DNA of 64,000 bases from Bugula neritina (GCA_964035545.1 OZ037768.1:21497700-21561699); one strand, 5' to 3'. Numbered from the stretch's first letter, positions 46,737 to 61,005 are shown. The notes: a model not told the origin generated them from the letters alone. Numbers and translations are program-made.

Positions 46737-49700
46737 ATGAAAACAGAAAAAAGTAGTCCCAAAGATGCTTCACCTGCCATATCCACTTACTTGATTGCAT
46801 ATAACTCGTTGCAGACTATAGGGTTAGTGAATATTTTTCACAAAAGTTTAGAAAAATGCTTGATACTCAATCTCAATCAAAACTTTGATTATTACATAAT
46901 TTTCAGCAGAACAGAGTAAGCAGCAATTAAGCATTCAACAGCATTGCATTTTAATCATCACACTTGATCTGAGATTTAGTGCTCTTATAATGCGGAAAAC
47001 GTAACCCTGGTAGAACCTTTTAGCCATTATTTATTTTTTATTTAAAAATATTTCTATCTTTAGGCAGATGATTGAAAAAGTTTGCCCTTGAAGCTGACTT
47101 ACTTTTGTTAGTTTATTTACACAATTAACTTGACCTAGTTAGATTTTTTAAAATGTTTTGTATAAAATATGCAACTGACAATTTATATGCATTATATTGC
47201 TGTCACAGATGGTCACTCATTGGTCTAATTATCGGACAGCATTTACTCGGCAGCACTCCCCAACTTACTCTCTATGAGGCTTCAAAGACCTTTCTTCAAA
47301 TTTTCCAAACTGCAGCAGTATTGGAGGTGCGGTGTTGATTTTCTCTCAACTCTACTTCACTTGTATTTATATTTTTTTATTTTTGTCAATCATCTTTTAG
47401 CTTGTTTTCAGGCTGATTATACATAGAAATTGACTTGTTCTCATGCATATTCTTTAAATATGTTCCAGAATTAGAACTTTTAGTTTTTGTCTTGAAATCA
47501 CTGTCACCGGTTCTATTTTCTACATTAGGTACTTCACTGTATTGTGGGGTTTGTTAGATCCAACCCCATGTTGACAGCCTTTCAAGTAGCCTCTAGAGTG
47601 TTTGTGGTGTGGGGCATACTACACTCCGTAGAGAACACTCAGACATCTATAGGCTACACCTTGCTGCTAGCTGCTTGGACTATCACCGAGATTATCAGAT
47701 ATCTTTATTACGTTCTCAACATAGCCAAAATTGAGGCATATCCTTTAGTGTGGCTCAGGTAGGCTGTCTACTGTATCCACCCTTAGAATGACACGTGAAT
47801 GTTGGCTATATTGTTATGGAGTCCTTAGGTTACATATGGCAAATATATTAAATGAAATTGTATATTGTAGTTTTAATCATTAATGTTTTATTGAAGTTTT
47901 TAGTTTGTTTTTGTTTGTAGTTGTCAATGACTTTTTATAGACCGGGCAATTGTTGTACGGAACTGCACCCATGATAAGTAATACTAGTAATTAGTACACA
48001 GTCTTGTTTTGTAGATACACATTGTTCATCATTCTCTACCCTATTGGAGTCACTGTAAGTATTCAGCCACTAGGGGGAGTCTCGTAACTTTTATCAGTCA
48101 TAACTAAAATATCTTCTAACTATAGACAAGCGTACTTTTATACTATAGAAACCTCGTAACAAGAGTTTGCTAAGTTTGCTTCCAGAACGTAAAAGTGATT
48201 TAACTGCCCAAACCAAAGGTTTCTTTTTGTAACTGGGAGTTGTCTGCTTTTACTAAAATTGATAGCTTGATAACAATGCCTGTTTCTGATGATTATTTAT
48301 TCTGCATCTGCACCCTTCTTTACCAAAATAGTCACATTGAATAGCATTTACTGCTATGTATATTCAACTTCTACAACAGCTACACATCTGACGTTATAAT
48401 ATTTTTATAACTAGCAGTAATTATTTTATGTTTTGTGGTTATCTTCTCTTTTAATTTTCTTTCTCGTTTTGCAGGGAGAACTTACCTCTATATATCAAGC
48501 TTTACCTCAAGTTGCTCAAACTGGACTATATTCTATAAAGCTGCCCAATAAGATGAACTTTGCCTTTGACTACCAATATGCTCTTGTATTGATAATGCTC
48601 AGCTACATCCCCAGTGAGTTTATTCAATCTATGAATTACGTTGTACTGCTTACTTTTGTACGATACTGTGTAGGATTTCCATGCTATGTTTTTGTTCCGA
48701 GAAAAAACTGTTCAAACTTGCCTAAATATATTCTGTAGTCAGCTGTCTGAGTGTATAAGCTGTAACATACGCTGCTTGTTTTCTCTTTCTAGTCAATTTG
48801 ATAAGCTTTGAAATGAGATGAGCACCTATCTCTCCATGTTGTTCCCTCATTCTCAGTCTTAACACCAATTAGGGCTGAATTTTTCACTGCTTTATGGTCA
48901 TTTGTTAGTCCCATATTCTGAATGTGCTTTATTGAATTGGCCGTAAAAAATTTTCACGTAAATGGATTAAATGTTTTAGAATTTTGGTATACACCTGTAC
49001 AGTGTGCTGTTATCTTTAACTGTTGAAATATACATTGTTGGGTGTAGCGTTACCTCTGCTGCAGCCATTTTAATTTCAATTTATTTAGTTTGTCTTGTCA
49101 CTAATTCTCGTAGTTTTCTCTCCTCTCTTTACACGTCGCCCATTCTAGCACACACTGTGTTCAGTTTTAAAGACAAACTCAATTGTAGTGTTAGTTTTTT
49201 TCACTTGATCTGAGATGATTTTCGGGCCGTTGAAAAGGAGGTGCCCAACATTATGTAGTACAAAGTCGTTGATCAAAAGTAAAAATTTTCATGTTTTTGA
49301 AATCAGTCGCCTTTATGCAAAGTTCCCACGTATATAATTTGTCCTAATTTTCAGAAGTTACATTTGATATGAGAATTTACACTGGTTACAGAAGTGTTAG
49401 TTACTTTATAATCACAATACATTCTGTTTATATACAACCAAATCGAATAGTGCATTGCATTTAAATGTTTTCTCAAGGTCTGAGGCTAAAATATAAGTGT
49501 TGGGGTGCCCTAGTCCTACGCCCTTGCTATAGTGCTATACAAACTATAAACTGTCATTTTACTAGACAACCAATTTATCTGCTCAGTTTATTAGTTTTGC
49601 CTGACAACCCTTGACAGGTATTTAAGCTGCTTTAATTATTACTTTGAATGTATGACAACTCCCATAATTGTGCTGTCATTTGTCTTTTAGTTTTCCCTCA

Positions 49701-49770
49701 ACTTTACCTCCACATGTTTGCTCAAAGAAAAAAGATAATAGGAGGTGCAGCAAAACCAAAGCCAGAGTAG
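46737..49770 (+). CDS. HACD: Very-long-chain 3-hydroxyacyl-CoA dehydratase (PTPLA/HACD1-2-like), 230 aa, 6 exons
   Basis: Exons 46737-46822, 47209-47326, 47529-47758, 48015-48054, 48475-48613, 49691-49770. Motifs [47 protein letters not shown] (catalytic Tyr/Glu), [14 protein letters not shown]. Confidence 0.95.
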
Positions 49771-50344
49771 CAAGAAAATTCTTCAAATCAACAAAATTTA
49801 CTTACGGTTTTTAATGGAAGCCCAGCTGTGACTGTATATAATCGTACCTACAGTGTTGTGATTGACACATTATTTGTAAATTGTATTGTTTGAAGTGTGT
49901 TATTAAAAAGGAGCCCCTGCCAAAGAGGTGTACTTTACAAAATTTGGTGAAGTAAATACTTTGATTTTATTTATATTTTTAACCAATGAAATGATTTGTA
50001 GGAAATAAATATAAATTGTTTTTTGATTTCAAATTATGTACAAATATTGTTACCATAGACCATCTTTCAGATCATAAATTAGGAAATGACACAAAATAGT
50101 TTATAACTTAAAAATAACTTATAAATAGCCTTATTCTATTGGCTGTCAGTTTTTTCCTTGAATAGCACTTCCTAGCTGAATCCATTGATGCAAGACTCAG
50201 TCACAGTTTTCATATTGATGCAATGATTATGCACTCTACAGGATGCGGCCAGTGTACAGCAAGTAGAAATTTTAGTGCCCCAAATCAATCTTTACTGTCA
50301 AGTGAGATGTGGTCAAATATGATTTCTCTCAACAATATCTGATG

Positions 50345-53300
50345 TCAGCATTCAGCTGTGGTATAGTAGAACACAGCTCTTTCTAACATAGGGGCTGTTA
50401 GGGAGCCTTCCTCATCCTCTCGCCAACCTTATATAATAATAAGAACTTCAGCTACGGTCTCATCACAATTACAGGCATAAACAGAATGTCCTTACAGAAA
50501 ACTGCTTTACATTCAAAATCAATTCCAATTTTGATTCAACATAAATAAATAGTTCCGTTTAAACTAAGTTACTTTGTCTGAAAAATAATATGTTTTCAGC
50601 GATCTGATTTTCTCTTCTAACTGTAGCGTACCGCTATATATTGTTTAGTATAACAAAGTAAAATCATTCAGTATTTTACCATCAGTGCTCATTATATAAC
50701 ACAAAACTGAGAGTACCTGCACGAGTCATTCGACTGACTAAGTGTGAGTATGATTGGGGGAGATCAGGATTGAATTCTTCTACTTCACTTCCTGAAAGAT
50801 CAGAGTTTGGATTAACATAGAATTTATAAATATGTCTGATGTTTACAAAATTTATTAGAGCAAACTTGTGTAGACTAGGGAAAAGTGATGGATATATAAA
50901 TATTACAATGAAATTCCATAACAGAAAATAAGACTTTCTCTAGTAGAGTTTACCCACGCATGCTAAAAAGAACTATCACATGGGAGCTGATATAAAATGC
51001 TAGTTGACTTTAGATTGTTCAAAATATTAACTTGAAGGCGTTTTATTAATATAATTCATTCAGTTATTTCTGTTTAGAAAACTGGAACAAACTCGGTACT
51101 GTGACTGATGGAGACATGCAGTACAGCCAGTGCATGATGATGCACATGTTAAAGATGTAAAAGCAGTGGTGTGAAAAGCATGAGTGTAGGTCTATATAGT
51201 GTGTGCTAATATCACCTAGAAAACATGAAGTTGCTAGAACATAGTAATCCGATAACACAGAACAATGTTGAGCTAATACTTCCTTTTTCAACAAAGTCAC
51301 AGTCTTGTCATCGGAAAGCAGTACAGAGGTCAATGGTTCTGTTAGATATATTTATAATGACAACCAAAAGGCTCAATAAAGCAAGCATTAGCAAACTTGA
51401 ACATAGTAAAGAAGTTGTCTGTCCTAAACTATGTTCTACATAGAAATATCGCACAAAAATTTATATAATGTCTAACATTAGTGCAGTGCTTCACTAATAA
51501 TGAATCAAAATATACTTTTGTTACCTGAAGAAGCTGTCAGTGACATGCGCCGCAGGTTTCCTTGACCAGAAGAATTCCTACCTGAAATATAAGACAGAAT
51601 GACTCATACATAGCCTATATAAAAGATAACAATGAGGGAATATCCCTCACGGTCTATTCTCTCCTAGTTTGCATAAATATGGAAATGGCCAAAACATACC
51701 AAGTCAAAAATTAAAACTTAAGTTTTAATAACCAAGTGCATGAATAATACTCAAATAAAATCTTATCAAAGTTACAGATGCAAAATTTATGATTAATAGA
51801 TTAACAGTGTGTGCAAAATATCTCTTTTTACTGATATTTCATAATTGCTTGCACCATAGCATTTGTTAATTCAGCCGTGAATATTTTGCTGTGACAAATA
51901 TCATCATTTCGTAATTACTGATTAATTAGTAAAGATTGCAAAATAGATTGGCTAAGCACAAAGCACAGGCTATTCATGGTTGGGTGCTTAGTCTATACTC
52001 CAAGAATGTCTATTAAATCATTTATGGAAGAGGGCTTCATATACGTAAAATGACGGTGCTACAACCAATGAGGGGGTGGTGGAACTCTGGGCCAATCATT
52101 CCCCACTTTTCAAAGCTCAACATACTGTTACTGAACCACACTGCAGTAATCAAACGGGATAATAGTGTGGTTGTCATGACAACCAATGAGATAAATGCCT
52201 AAAATAGTTTTAACTATGTCATACCTGATCATGCTTCAGTTATCGCCTTATCTCATTTTGTTAAAACCAAAAACATAGCAAAGCATGGAGCAGTTGGAAG
52301 CATGTAAACTTCAGCTATGGAGGTCAACGTAACACTTAATACTACGAGCTCTAACTATACGAATATATCAACAGTGCCTACAGGAACCACAATGACTTCT
52401 TCTGGAATACCAAACTCCTCTCTCATTATTATAATAGCTAGTCTAGGGGGAACTGCTGTTGTATTAGTACTAATTTTAGCCGTCATCTTCTGCAGACGTA
52501 AAAGTCAAAAGAGTAACTTTGCGTCTGTTGAAGAAGTCTCGAATGAAAGAGGAGCGCATAGAAACCTTTCTTTCAACACAACAAACAGCGATGAGCTTCA
52601 AGAAAACGACGATCCAATCTATCGACCAACACCGAACATTGAGGCTGATAAAGAAAGTGAAGTGAAAGATAGTGTGTATTCAGAAGTGCTACCAAAAGAG
52701 CGCTTACCTAGTACTCAATCTCAGAATAGTGACTATGAAAATGCAGAAACTATTGCACATATCAACTCTACAGCAAAAGACTTAGCTCCACCGCCTCTGC
52801 ATAAGCGAGGAAGTGGCCCCATAACTACTAACCTTTTCAGACAAGGCACAAAAGCCTATCATTTGTACAGAAACGCATTACAAGATTATGAAATCGATCC
52901 GAAAAGTCTCTCTATGATTGCCAAAATTGGCAAGGGAAATTTTAGTACTGTGTACTCTGGTATGGCAACATCACTGCCGTACACTGATGCAAACAATCAG
53001 CTTGTGGCTATCAAAACTATGAAGAGCTCCGCTTCAGATTCCGATAAACAGGAGTTTCTGTATGAATTTGAGATCATGAAACTGACCAACACTCTACAAC
53101 ACAAAAACATAACTAAACTGCTAGCCTCCGTCACTACCAGCTATCCCTGCATGTTAGTCTTAGAACTCATGCCAAACGGCAACCTTCGGAACTTTCTTCG
53201 AGCAACTCGGTCACAGGATATATACTACAATCTCCATAGCAACAGTAACAGTCTCAGTGAACGACAGCTCTTGCAATTCGGAATAGATATAGCAAGTGGC

Positions 53301-56300
53301 ATGGAAGGTTTGGCGGATCTTCAACTCTTGCATAGAGATCTGGCTGCAAGGAATGTCCTGCTAGACTCAAACCTGACCTGTAAAATCGCTGACTTTGGAT
53401 TCGCCAAAGACATATTAAACAAGCCAGTGTATAGAAGCAAGTCAATACTTCACAGAGCTCGGCCTGTGAGGTGGCTAGCACCAGAATCTCTATTTTACTT
53501 CAAACACAGTATAATGAGTGACGTCTGGTCATACGGTATCGTACTCTGGGAAATTGTTTCTTTGGGAAACCTGCCGTATCCTGGCATGAACGTAAAAGAG
53601 GTAAATATACTTTTCAAACTTGTATAACTACTGATCATTTCTCATGAGCTCTCTATATGCAGCCTTGACTGAATTTTATTTTCCGCCTCTATGACGGTTA
53701 GTTTGACACCAGAGGCTAAACCAGACAGTTTTTAAAACCACAAAATAGTGTTGAAGGCGCAAAGCATTTTGAAACTATCAACATTTCCTCAACTATAATT
53801 TAAAAAAAGCTGTTCACTATAATTATTGTCAGTTAAATTTAGGAGGAGCAAATTTTGAAAATCCTAACTACTAGACATGGTTTCACAAAACTATAACATT
53901 GCTTTTTAAAATATATGAAACACTTTTTCTAAGTTAGAGCTAGTAGAGCTAGCTCAACCGCAATAGGCTAATAGGGATTGTCGAAGCCATTAAACCAGGG
54001 ATTAGGTGAAAGATGAGCTGATTTAATTTAATTCTCTCAGTTGGACTTCTTGAAAAACTCAACAGCAATATAAGAGGTTCAGTTCAACATACTTGAGAGA
54101 TAAAACTTATGACAAGTTTTCAGTAAATGACACAAATTAGTTTATTAGCAACTACATAGTTACTGTAGGGCGTAGGTCGTAGGAGGTATCATTTGCCTCA
54201 GCTGCAGAACTACTAAATAACAGTAAATCTCTAGGTAATTTAGAAACACTTTTCTATGGATAATGACATTTTTATTTATTGCTACGAAACAGATCCTACT
54301 GCCATAAAATGCCTAACAACTTAAGGTGACAACCCCCATCCATCATGACACTGACATTTTACAATCAGTCTCAGTGTGGGCTGACAAATGGCAAGTTGGA
54401 GCAGTGTTAGCAGGTGCCTAAGTCACACATTTCTATGATAATGATTGGTTTACAAGGAGTCATAAAGATACAATTCGCACTTCATGGTTGTATAATATTA
54501 AATATGGATAGGAGAAAATTTCAGCAGTTCCTATAAGTCAAGTGTCCTGTAGGTTACGCATACTATTAACCAACGCCAAACAATTGGCACGGAAAACTAG
54601 CATTGCGTTTGTCGCAAGGAGGAAAGTTTTTGAGGAAAAGTTTTAGCCAAGCGGCGCAATTTTGAGTGAAAAGTTGGACATCAAAACAACGCAGTAGATC
54701 ATACGTCACCGCAACACGGTGTATAATGTCATCATGCACTTTTAGAGTGGTAATGCAGCTGTGAGCTAAACATGATTTGTGTGCAGCTACATACACACAA
54801 GGGGAATACACTAGAAGTATATAGTATATAACCTAAAGCACTGCCATATACTCGTATATTTTATACTTCCATCTCAATATACTATGCAAGTCTTAACAGT
54901 TTATATGTTAGTGTAATGCACTTGAAAATATACATAAATTCTTGTAGTATATATGGCTAAGCTTTGTAGCTTACATTATTAAATTCTGTACTACATACTG
55001 TTGAAATTGGTAGCTCAAACAGTAGTATATTCTGTTGAACTCTGTATTTCACATTGTTGAGATCTTCAGTTCACAATGTTCGACTCTGTTCAGTACAATG
55101 TTGAACTCTGTACTATACACTGTTGTACTCTGTAGTTTACATTGTTTTACTCTGTACTGTACATTGTTGCAGGTTCCAACTCAACTGTCTAAGGGATACA
55201 GAATGCAGTGCCCGAAGCACTGCTCGCCCGATCTGTACAGAGTCATGAGCTGCTGCTGGGAGGAGACGCCCAAGTCTAGACCTCCGTTCCACCAACTGGT
55301 TGATAAAATGAGACAACTCCTTGACCAGGCAACCAGACTCATAGATATGGGCAAGATAGAGGACGATGATGACTATATAGAAGTGCTACCTCCTTTGCAC
55401 CAAGAGCTCTTCACCGAGTACCCGACTGTAGAATCTAGTAGTGCAGATGAAACAGACTAGACTTCTTTGTATTTATTGCAATATTGTATATTTATTATTT
55501 CAAAGTTTAACAATGCCTTGAGGTATGATATAAAGATAACATGTATAACAATGCTGTTTGTATGAAATAGTCATGCGATATAACACAAACTGATAATTTA
55601 AAATAAGCCTGGGCGTATTATAGTTCATGTAGGCGAGTAAAAAGTCACATGAAATCAGGCATATGACCTGGACATGTATATAAAAATGCTATTTATTATC
55701 ATTCAATACACCTTATCACATTATTTCTCAGAGTCATTGGTATTTTCACCGCATTACCTTTTGTTTAAAATGATTGAATAGAGATAAAATTAGACATTTC
55801 AGTGATAAGTGCGGAAATTAGAGAAATGATAATTTATTCAGCCGTAATGACACATACAGTAAAAAGAAACATGTTTTAGTTATAACACAAAAAACAAATT
55901 TCGTTTTTTTAAGTCACTCAGCTACTAAAAACATTGTGTGTAGCAAAGTAATTACTAAAAAACATTTAAAAAGTTCACACTCGCAGCTAGTTGCAACCAG
56001 GAGAAACCAAATGCTAATTTTTAAATTTCATATCTTCTTAAAACATTACAAAAATGTGGAAACTAATAAATGAACTGTCAGTTTTTGTTATAATAAACAC
56101 ATTACCAATTAGTTTACATTACTAATTGCTTCCTTTTGCATTGTATAGCTAATAATTGAAAGTATTTCTGTTGACAATTGATAGGGCTCTGGAAACGGAT
56201 ATTATTACTGGGGAAAAAATCACCATGGAATCTGCTATAATAATGAAAATTATGCATTTAGAAATACTCAATAAAAAGTATACGAGAGAGATGAATCCAA

Positions 56301-59300
56301 AAGTAGAATAGAGGGAAGTCGTGGGAGAATATGCAACGTAAAATAGGCAGAATAAAGCAATAAAAGAAACAGAGGAAAAAAAGGGAGGAAATCAAAGAAA
56401 AACGCGAAAAAAAGAAGATGAGAAGAAAAGATCATTGGCTAGAAATCACAAAACAAAAGTAGACGAGAATAGAACAGAAACACACAGGAAAGCAATCAAT
56501 TGTGTTATGAAACAGCTGGGTGACTAGCATGACATATGCAAAGCCTCAGTGACTTAGTAGATATTTCGTCAGAGGATTTCCTTATACTGCAACTGAGTAA
56601 GTAGAAAAAACTGCTGTATAAGAACCACTCTATAAACAGCTTCGTGTTGGGGGTGATTGAGTGCAATAATTTGAGATTCTAGAGTTTGGAGTTGGGGGCT
56701 CCAAGTTCCAACTTAAGCACCCAAATCCAAACTGAAGAATCCCAAACTACTGCACTCAGCCACCCCCAAGTCAGAGCTGCTTATAGAATGATTCGTTGTA
56801 AAAGACTGAGCAGACACTGTAGAAGTATAAGTTACCATTGTAGTACTTGGAGAGCAAGTTCTCAGCAACGAGTCGGGTGGCAGTTGCCGCCACCCCTACT
56901 GATTCCATCAACTTGCGAGACCATTTGAGAGCTTGAGGTGGAGGCAGGAGAGCCAGGCATTCTCCCTTCACTGGAGCCTTGATTATGTTTTTATCTGCCA
57001 AAAGAAGTTACAAATAATAGCTACAGTTACTACTAGCACAGTACTACTACTAGCTACAGTTACCGCTAGTATAGTTACCACTAGTATAGTTACTATTAGT
57101 ATAGTTACTACTAGCACAGTTACCACTAGTATAGTTACTATTAGTATAGTTACTACTAGCACAGTTACTACTAGCACAGTTACTACTATCACAGTTACTA
57201 CTAGTACGGCCATGGCTACTATTACTTTTACTGAGACTAGAACCATATTATAGTGTATCCATTACAAGTAAATCAATCCAAACTAAGTCACTAACATAAT
57301 AGTAGTCACATAGCTATTAATGTGGTAGTCATGTAGTACTAACTAATATTGTAATGCATTAGTCATATAATAGTCATATATAGTAGTCATATTATAATAT
57401 AACAATCATATAGTATTACATTAGTCATCAGTAATATATTAGTCACATAGTAGTCATATTATAATATAACAATCATATAGTATTACATTAGTCATCAGTA
57501 ATATATTAGTCACATAGTAGTCATATTATAATACATATAATTAGCATATAGTTATAGTCATATAATAGTCATATAGTGATCATATATTAGTCATATTCTT
57601 TATACTGAGATTATGTCTCTCAGGTAAGAATGTGGATTGATATTACAAACAAGTGTTGAATATTAGGAAGTTTCTAGAACCACAAAACCAGCACATATTC
57701 AAGGAAATACCAGATTCTACATTTTCTATGCAGTGTTTTAACCATAAAGAAAAAATTAACTTATCTGCAGAAGAAAAAGTTTATTTGCAGAAAAAACAAT
57801 TTATCTGCAGAAGAAAGAAGAGTTTACCTGCAGAAGAAAGAGTTTACCTGCAGAAGAAAGAGTTTACCTATAGAAAAAAATTATGTGCAGAAAGAAGAGT
57901 TTACCTACAAAAAAAACAGTTGATGTACAGAAAGAAAAATTTACCTGCAGAAAGAACATCGAGAAAGCCGTCAGTCAGTTCAACTAGCCCACAATTCACG
58001 TACTGCATGAATTCTCTACAAGTGTGTATTAGAAACAAGGTTATACATGAATGTATGCATTTCTGGGTGTCATTTTTATTAATTTAAAGCTTTAACTTTC
58101 ACCCTAGTATACTGAAGGCAAATTATTATGCTTGGAGAATTCTAAGAACATTTTAAGAACATTGCGAGATGTGTGGATTACAATTCACATATATGAAAAA
58201 ACAACTACTAATTTGAATATCAAGTTTATACTGCAAAGCAACTGATAGAAATTGCCAATTATAAAAATTATTTGTGTTATATCAATTACTGTGTAGCTGT
58301 GTTCTATCACACTAAGTAATGCCGAATGCTGTAATCTAATAATATCCCAGCTTGTGAACTTACTCAGGGGTATGACTTTGATAGGCCAGAGTAGTGAAAA
58401 GAGTAGCAAACTCTGCAACACAAAGAGTCCACAAGGTATCAATACAGTATTCACATCATAGTAATATAATATTTATATTATAGTAATATAATATTTACAT
58501 TATAGTAATATAATATTTATATTATATTAATATAATATTTACATTATAGTAATATAGTATCACATTGCAGTAACATATAATATTTATATTCTAGTAATAT
58601 ATAGTATTTATGTTGTAGTAAAATAGCATTAATTACATAATAATATAAATGTTTACATTACAGTACTATAGTATCTACATTATAATAATATATCACTTAT
58701 ATTGTAATATAGTATTTACCTTATAACAATATAATCACCACATTGTAGTAATATAGCAATTATATTATAGTCATATATACTAGATATTTAAGTATATCAC
58801 AGAAATGTAAGTGCACCCATATGTTGCATAGTGCAGTTATACATGCTATACACACAGGTGATGTAGATTTCAAAACATGACAAAAACATCTAGTGCTATT
58901 CACATACTATGGATATTAAAACCTATTATAGACATCGAGCACTCACCATCTGGAAGAGGAAGGCCCAGTTTATTAACTGCAAACATGTATCTCTCTAACA
59001 GGTGAAAGGCTTTTAATAAGTTATCTGGTTGTCTGCAACATAAATTCTTCCATTAAAAGACAATTAGCTCATATAATACTTTATTTGTAAATGCAAGCAT
59101 GTGCTGCGCATCAAACACACATATTACACACATACATTACTGATTTGCAACATCAAAGCCAGTTTAAATATTCAGTTCATGGTAATTTTAGTATGGCTCA
59201 TTAACTGCGCCTTTAGCCACTTTTACTTCCCCACCAACAGCGCAAGGTAAATACAAGAAGTGACGCAGAACTGAAGGTCTTCATGATGTAATTCACATTT

Positions 59301-60886
59301 CCAGAAAATTCCAACTCACATGTGTCAGCAGCTTCAAATGAGTCATCGAAATCATCAGCAGTTGGACACGCAGACAGACACAAAGACACACAGACAGACA
59401 TACAGATACAGTTAGACACAAAGACATACAGACAGACATACAGACAGACACAGTGCAGAGGTATACACAGGTAGACACACAGACAGACATATAAAACAAA
59501 AAGACACACATGCAAACAGGTAGACACAAAGACACACAGAGTGACACACATAAAGACGTACAGACACACAGACAGACACACATTTTGCAGACAGACATAC
59601 AGACAGACTAACCTGGCAGCATACTGCTTGTTATGCAGCTGATTCAACCCAAACACATTGTACAGATGATGAAGTAAGACTTTCACTTGATTCAACAGAA
59701 TCTTAGCGTAGGTCCAGCACATGGTAATCAGTTCCTGCTTCTTGATATCAACTGTGGAGAGGGGGCTGGCTTTCCCACCCTTAATACCTGAGATTTTACT
59801 TGATGCCAAAGGGTACACCTTCCTCACATATTCGTGTATAGCATTGGCAAGCTGAAAGGTGATTATACTATTTATGTATGTGCAATACAAAATAGTAAAA
59901 CCAATAAATTTATGTGAAAGTCTGCTAAAATGAAAAAAAGCATCACGCCCCCACACCCAAATTATTAAAAAATTAGGATAAAACATAGAAAATCAAGCAA
60001 AATTAGAAAACAACCTTTCTTATTCTGTTGTATTGTTAATATTTTATCAGTTTAATGCAAGAAACTATGTATATTAGCGGCTAAACTGTGAAAAATGGCT
60101 AAAAACCAGAGATATATAGTGTGTAATAAATTAAGTAAAATGACCCTAATATACTATTAAAGTCATCCAGGAATTTTAGAAAACAGAGGGCTTGAACAAC
60201 ATATTGGAGATAATAAATACTTACATTGGTTACAAATTTTTCATCTACATCTTCGTTTAGTAGAGAATCTGGAAAAGTTACAGTATTATAGGAGTAGAGT
60301 GACCCGGCCCGATCTCTTTCACTGAACTGTGTGCCACCAGTGGCTACACTCTGATTCCTACAACCAACATGCTTTAGGTTTTGATTATAAATAAAGTAGG
60401 AGTTGTCCTCTTATAATAGAGAGAGCAACTCCAATTTATACAGTTGAGAAAATTAGTAAGTTATTGCATCACAGTTAACTGTGTGACCAGTACATTAATC
60501 ACCTGTTTGCTCCTATTATTGAATTTTGATGATCATATTTCACACATTATACTAACTCTGGTAGGATAGAATAATTTGACTAAGAATACGATTTAAAGTA
60601 TCAAAATATATAATTATTATACAATACTGTACAATATCTGATGGTTGCTGTGACGATTTATATAATGATATTAGCAATATTTCATCACATATTAGTATAT
60701 TGTAATATTCAGTGTGTACTTGTATACTAGGTATTATCTACTGTGTACCTGTAGGCTACTGTGTACCTGTATGCAAGGTTTTACCTGATCATAATATTCC
60801 TCAGGGAGACTATAATAGATGGAGTTTTCTTCTTTATTGCTGACTCATCACTCACCATACGTCTGCTAAGCTCTTCCACTCTGAGC
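50345..60886 (-). CDS. Uncharacterised multi-exon gene, 5' exons unresolved; host of the nested kinase
   Basis: Phase-consistent open exons 60886-60785, 60357-60225, 59851-59613, 59032-58947, 56994-56836, 51581-51525, 51338-51216, 50791-50717 and 50427-50345 (stop). No family recognised. Confidence 0.65.
52317..55460 (+). CDS. Single-pass protein tyrosine kinase (FGFR/RET/Tie-like catalytic domain) with a minimal ectodomain; about 523 aa, 2 exons
   Basis: Exons 52317-53600 and 55173-55460. TM LIIIIASLGGTAVVLVLILAVIFC followed by RRK. Motifs GKGNFS, VAIK, HRDLAARN, KIADFG, PVRWLAPE, SDVWSYG, GYRMQCPKHC, CWEETPKSRPPF. Confidence 0.93.
57015..57230. repeat. 15 bp minisatellite (AGTTACTACTAGCAC-like) next to a splice acceptor
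   Basis: About 13 imperfect copies, seen directly. Confidence 0.85.
57290..57600. repeat. TAGTCATA-rich array with a roughly 63 bp duplication
   Basis: ATAGTAGTCATATTATAATATAACAATC... repeats. Confidence 0.75.
57755..57955. repeat. 19-20 bp minisatellite (AGTTTACCTGCAGAAGAAAG)
   Basis: About 9 imperfect copies. Confidence 0.85.
58455..58780. repeat. 22 bp AT-rich minisatellite (TATAGTAATATAATATTTACAT)
   Basis: Conserved copies at 58455-58560, decaying to the right. Confidence 0.8.
59370..59608. repeat. (CAGA/CACA)n array abutting a minus-strand splice donor
   Basis: Starts within a few bases of CAG|GTTAGT at 59612. Confidence 0.85.
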
Positions 60887-61005
60887 CTTAAACATCACAC
60901 AACATTGTCTAGAGATGGTGAGACAAATCAGAACCCACATTGCTGAGACACAGCATGTCAAAACAATCAGCTGGCACTTTAACATTAATTTCCTCCAAGT
61001 ACTCA

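Noticed and set aside
50345-50347. TGA after Cys as selenocysteine or readthrough
   Set aside because: The frame closes again about 20 codons later, and I could not identify a SECIS element.
56933-58087. Repetitive ORFs (TVTTS-rich; LQKK/AEE-rich)
   Set aside because: They derive from intronic minisatellites of the minus-strand gene.
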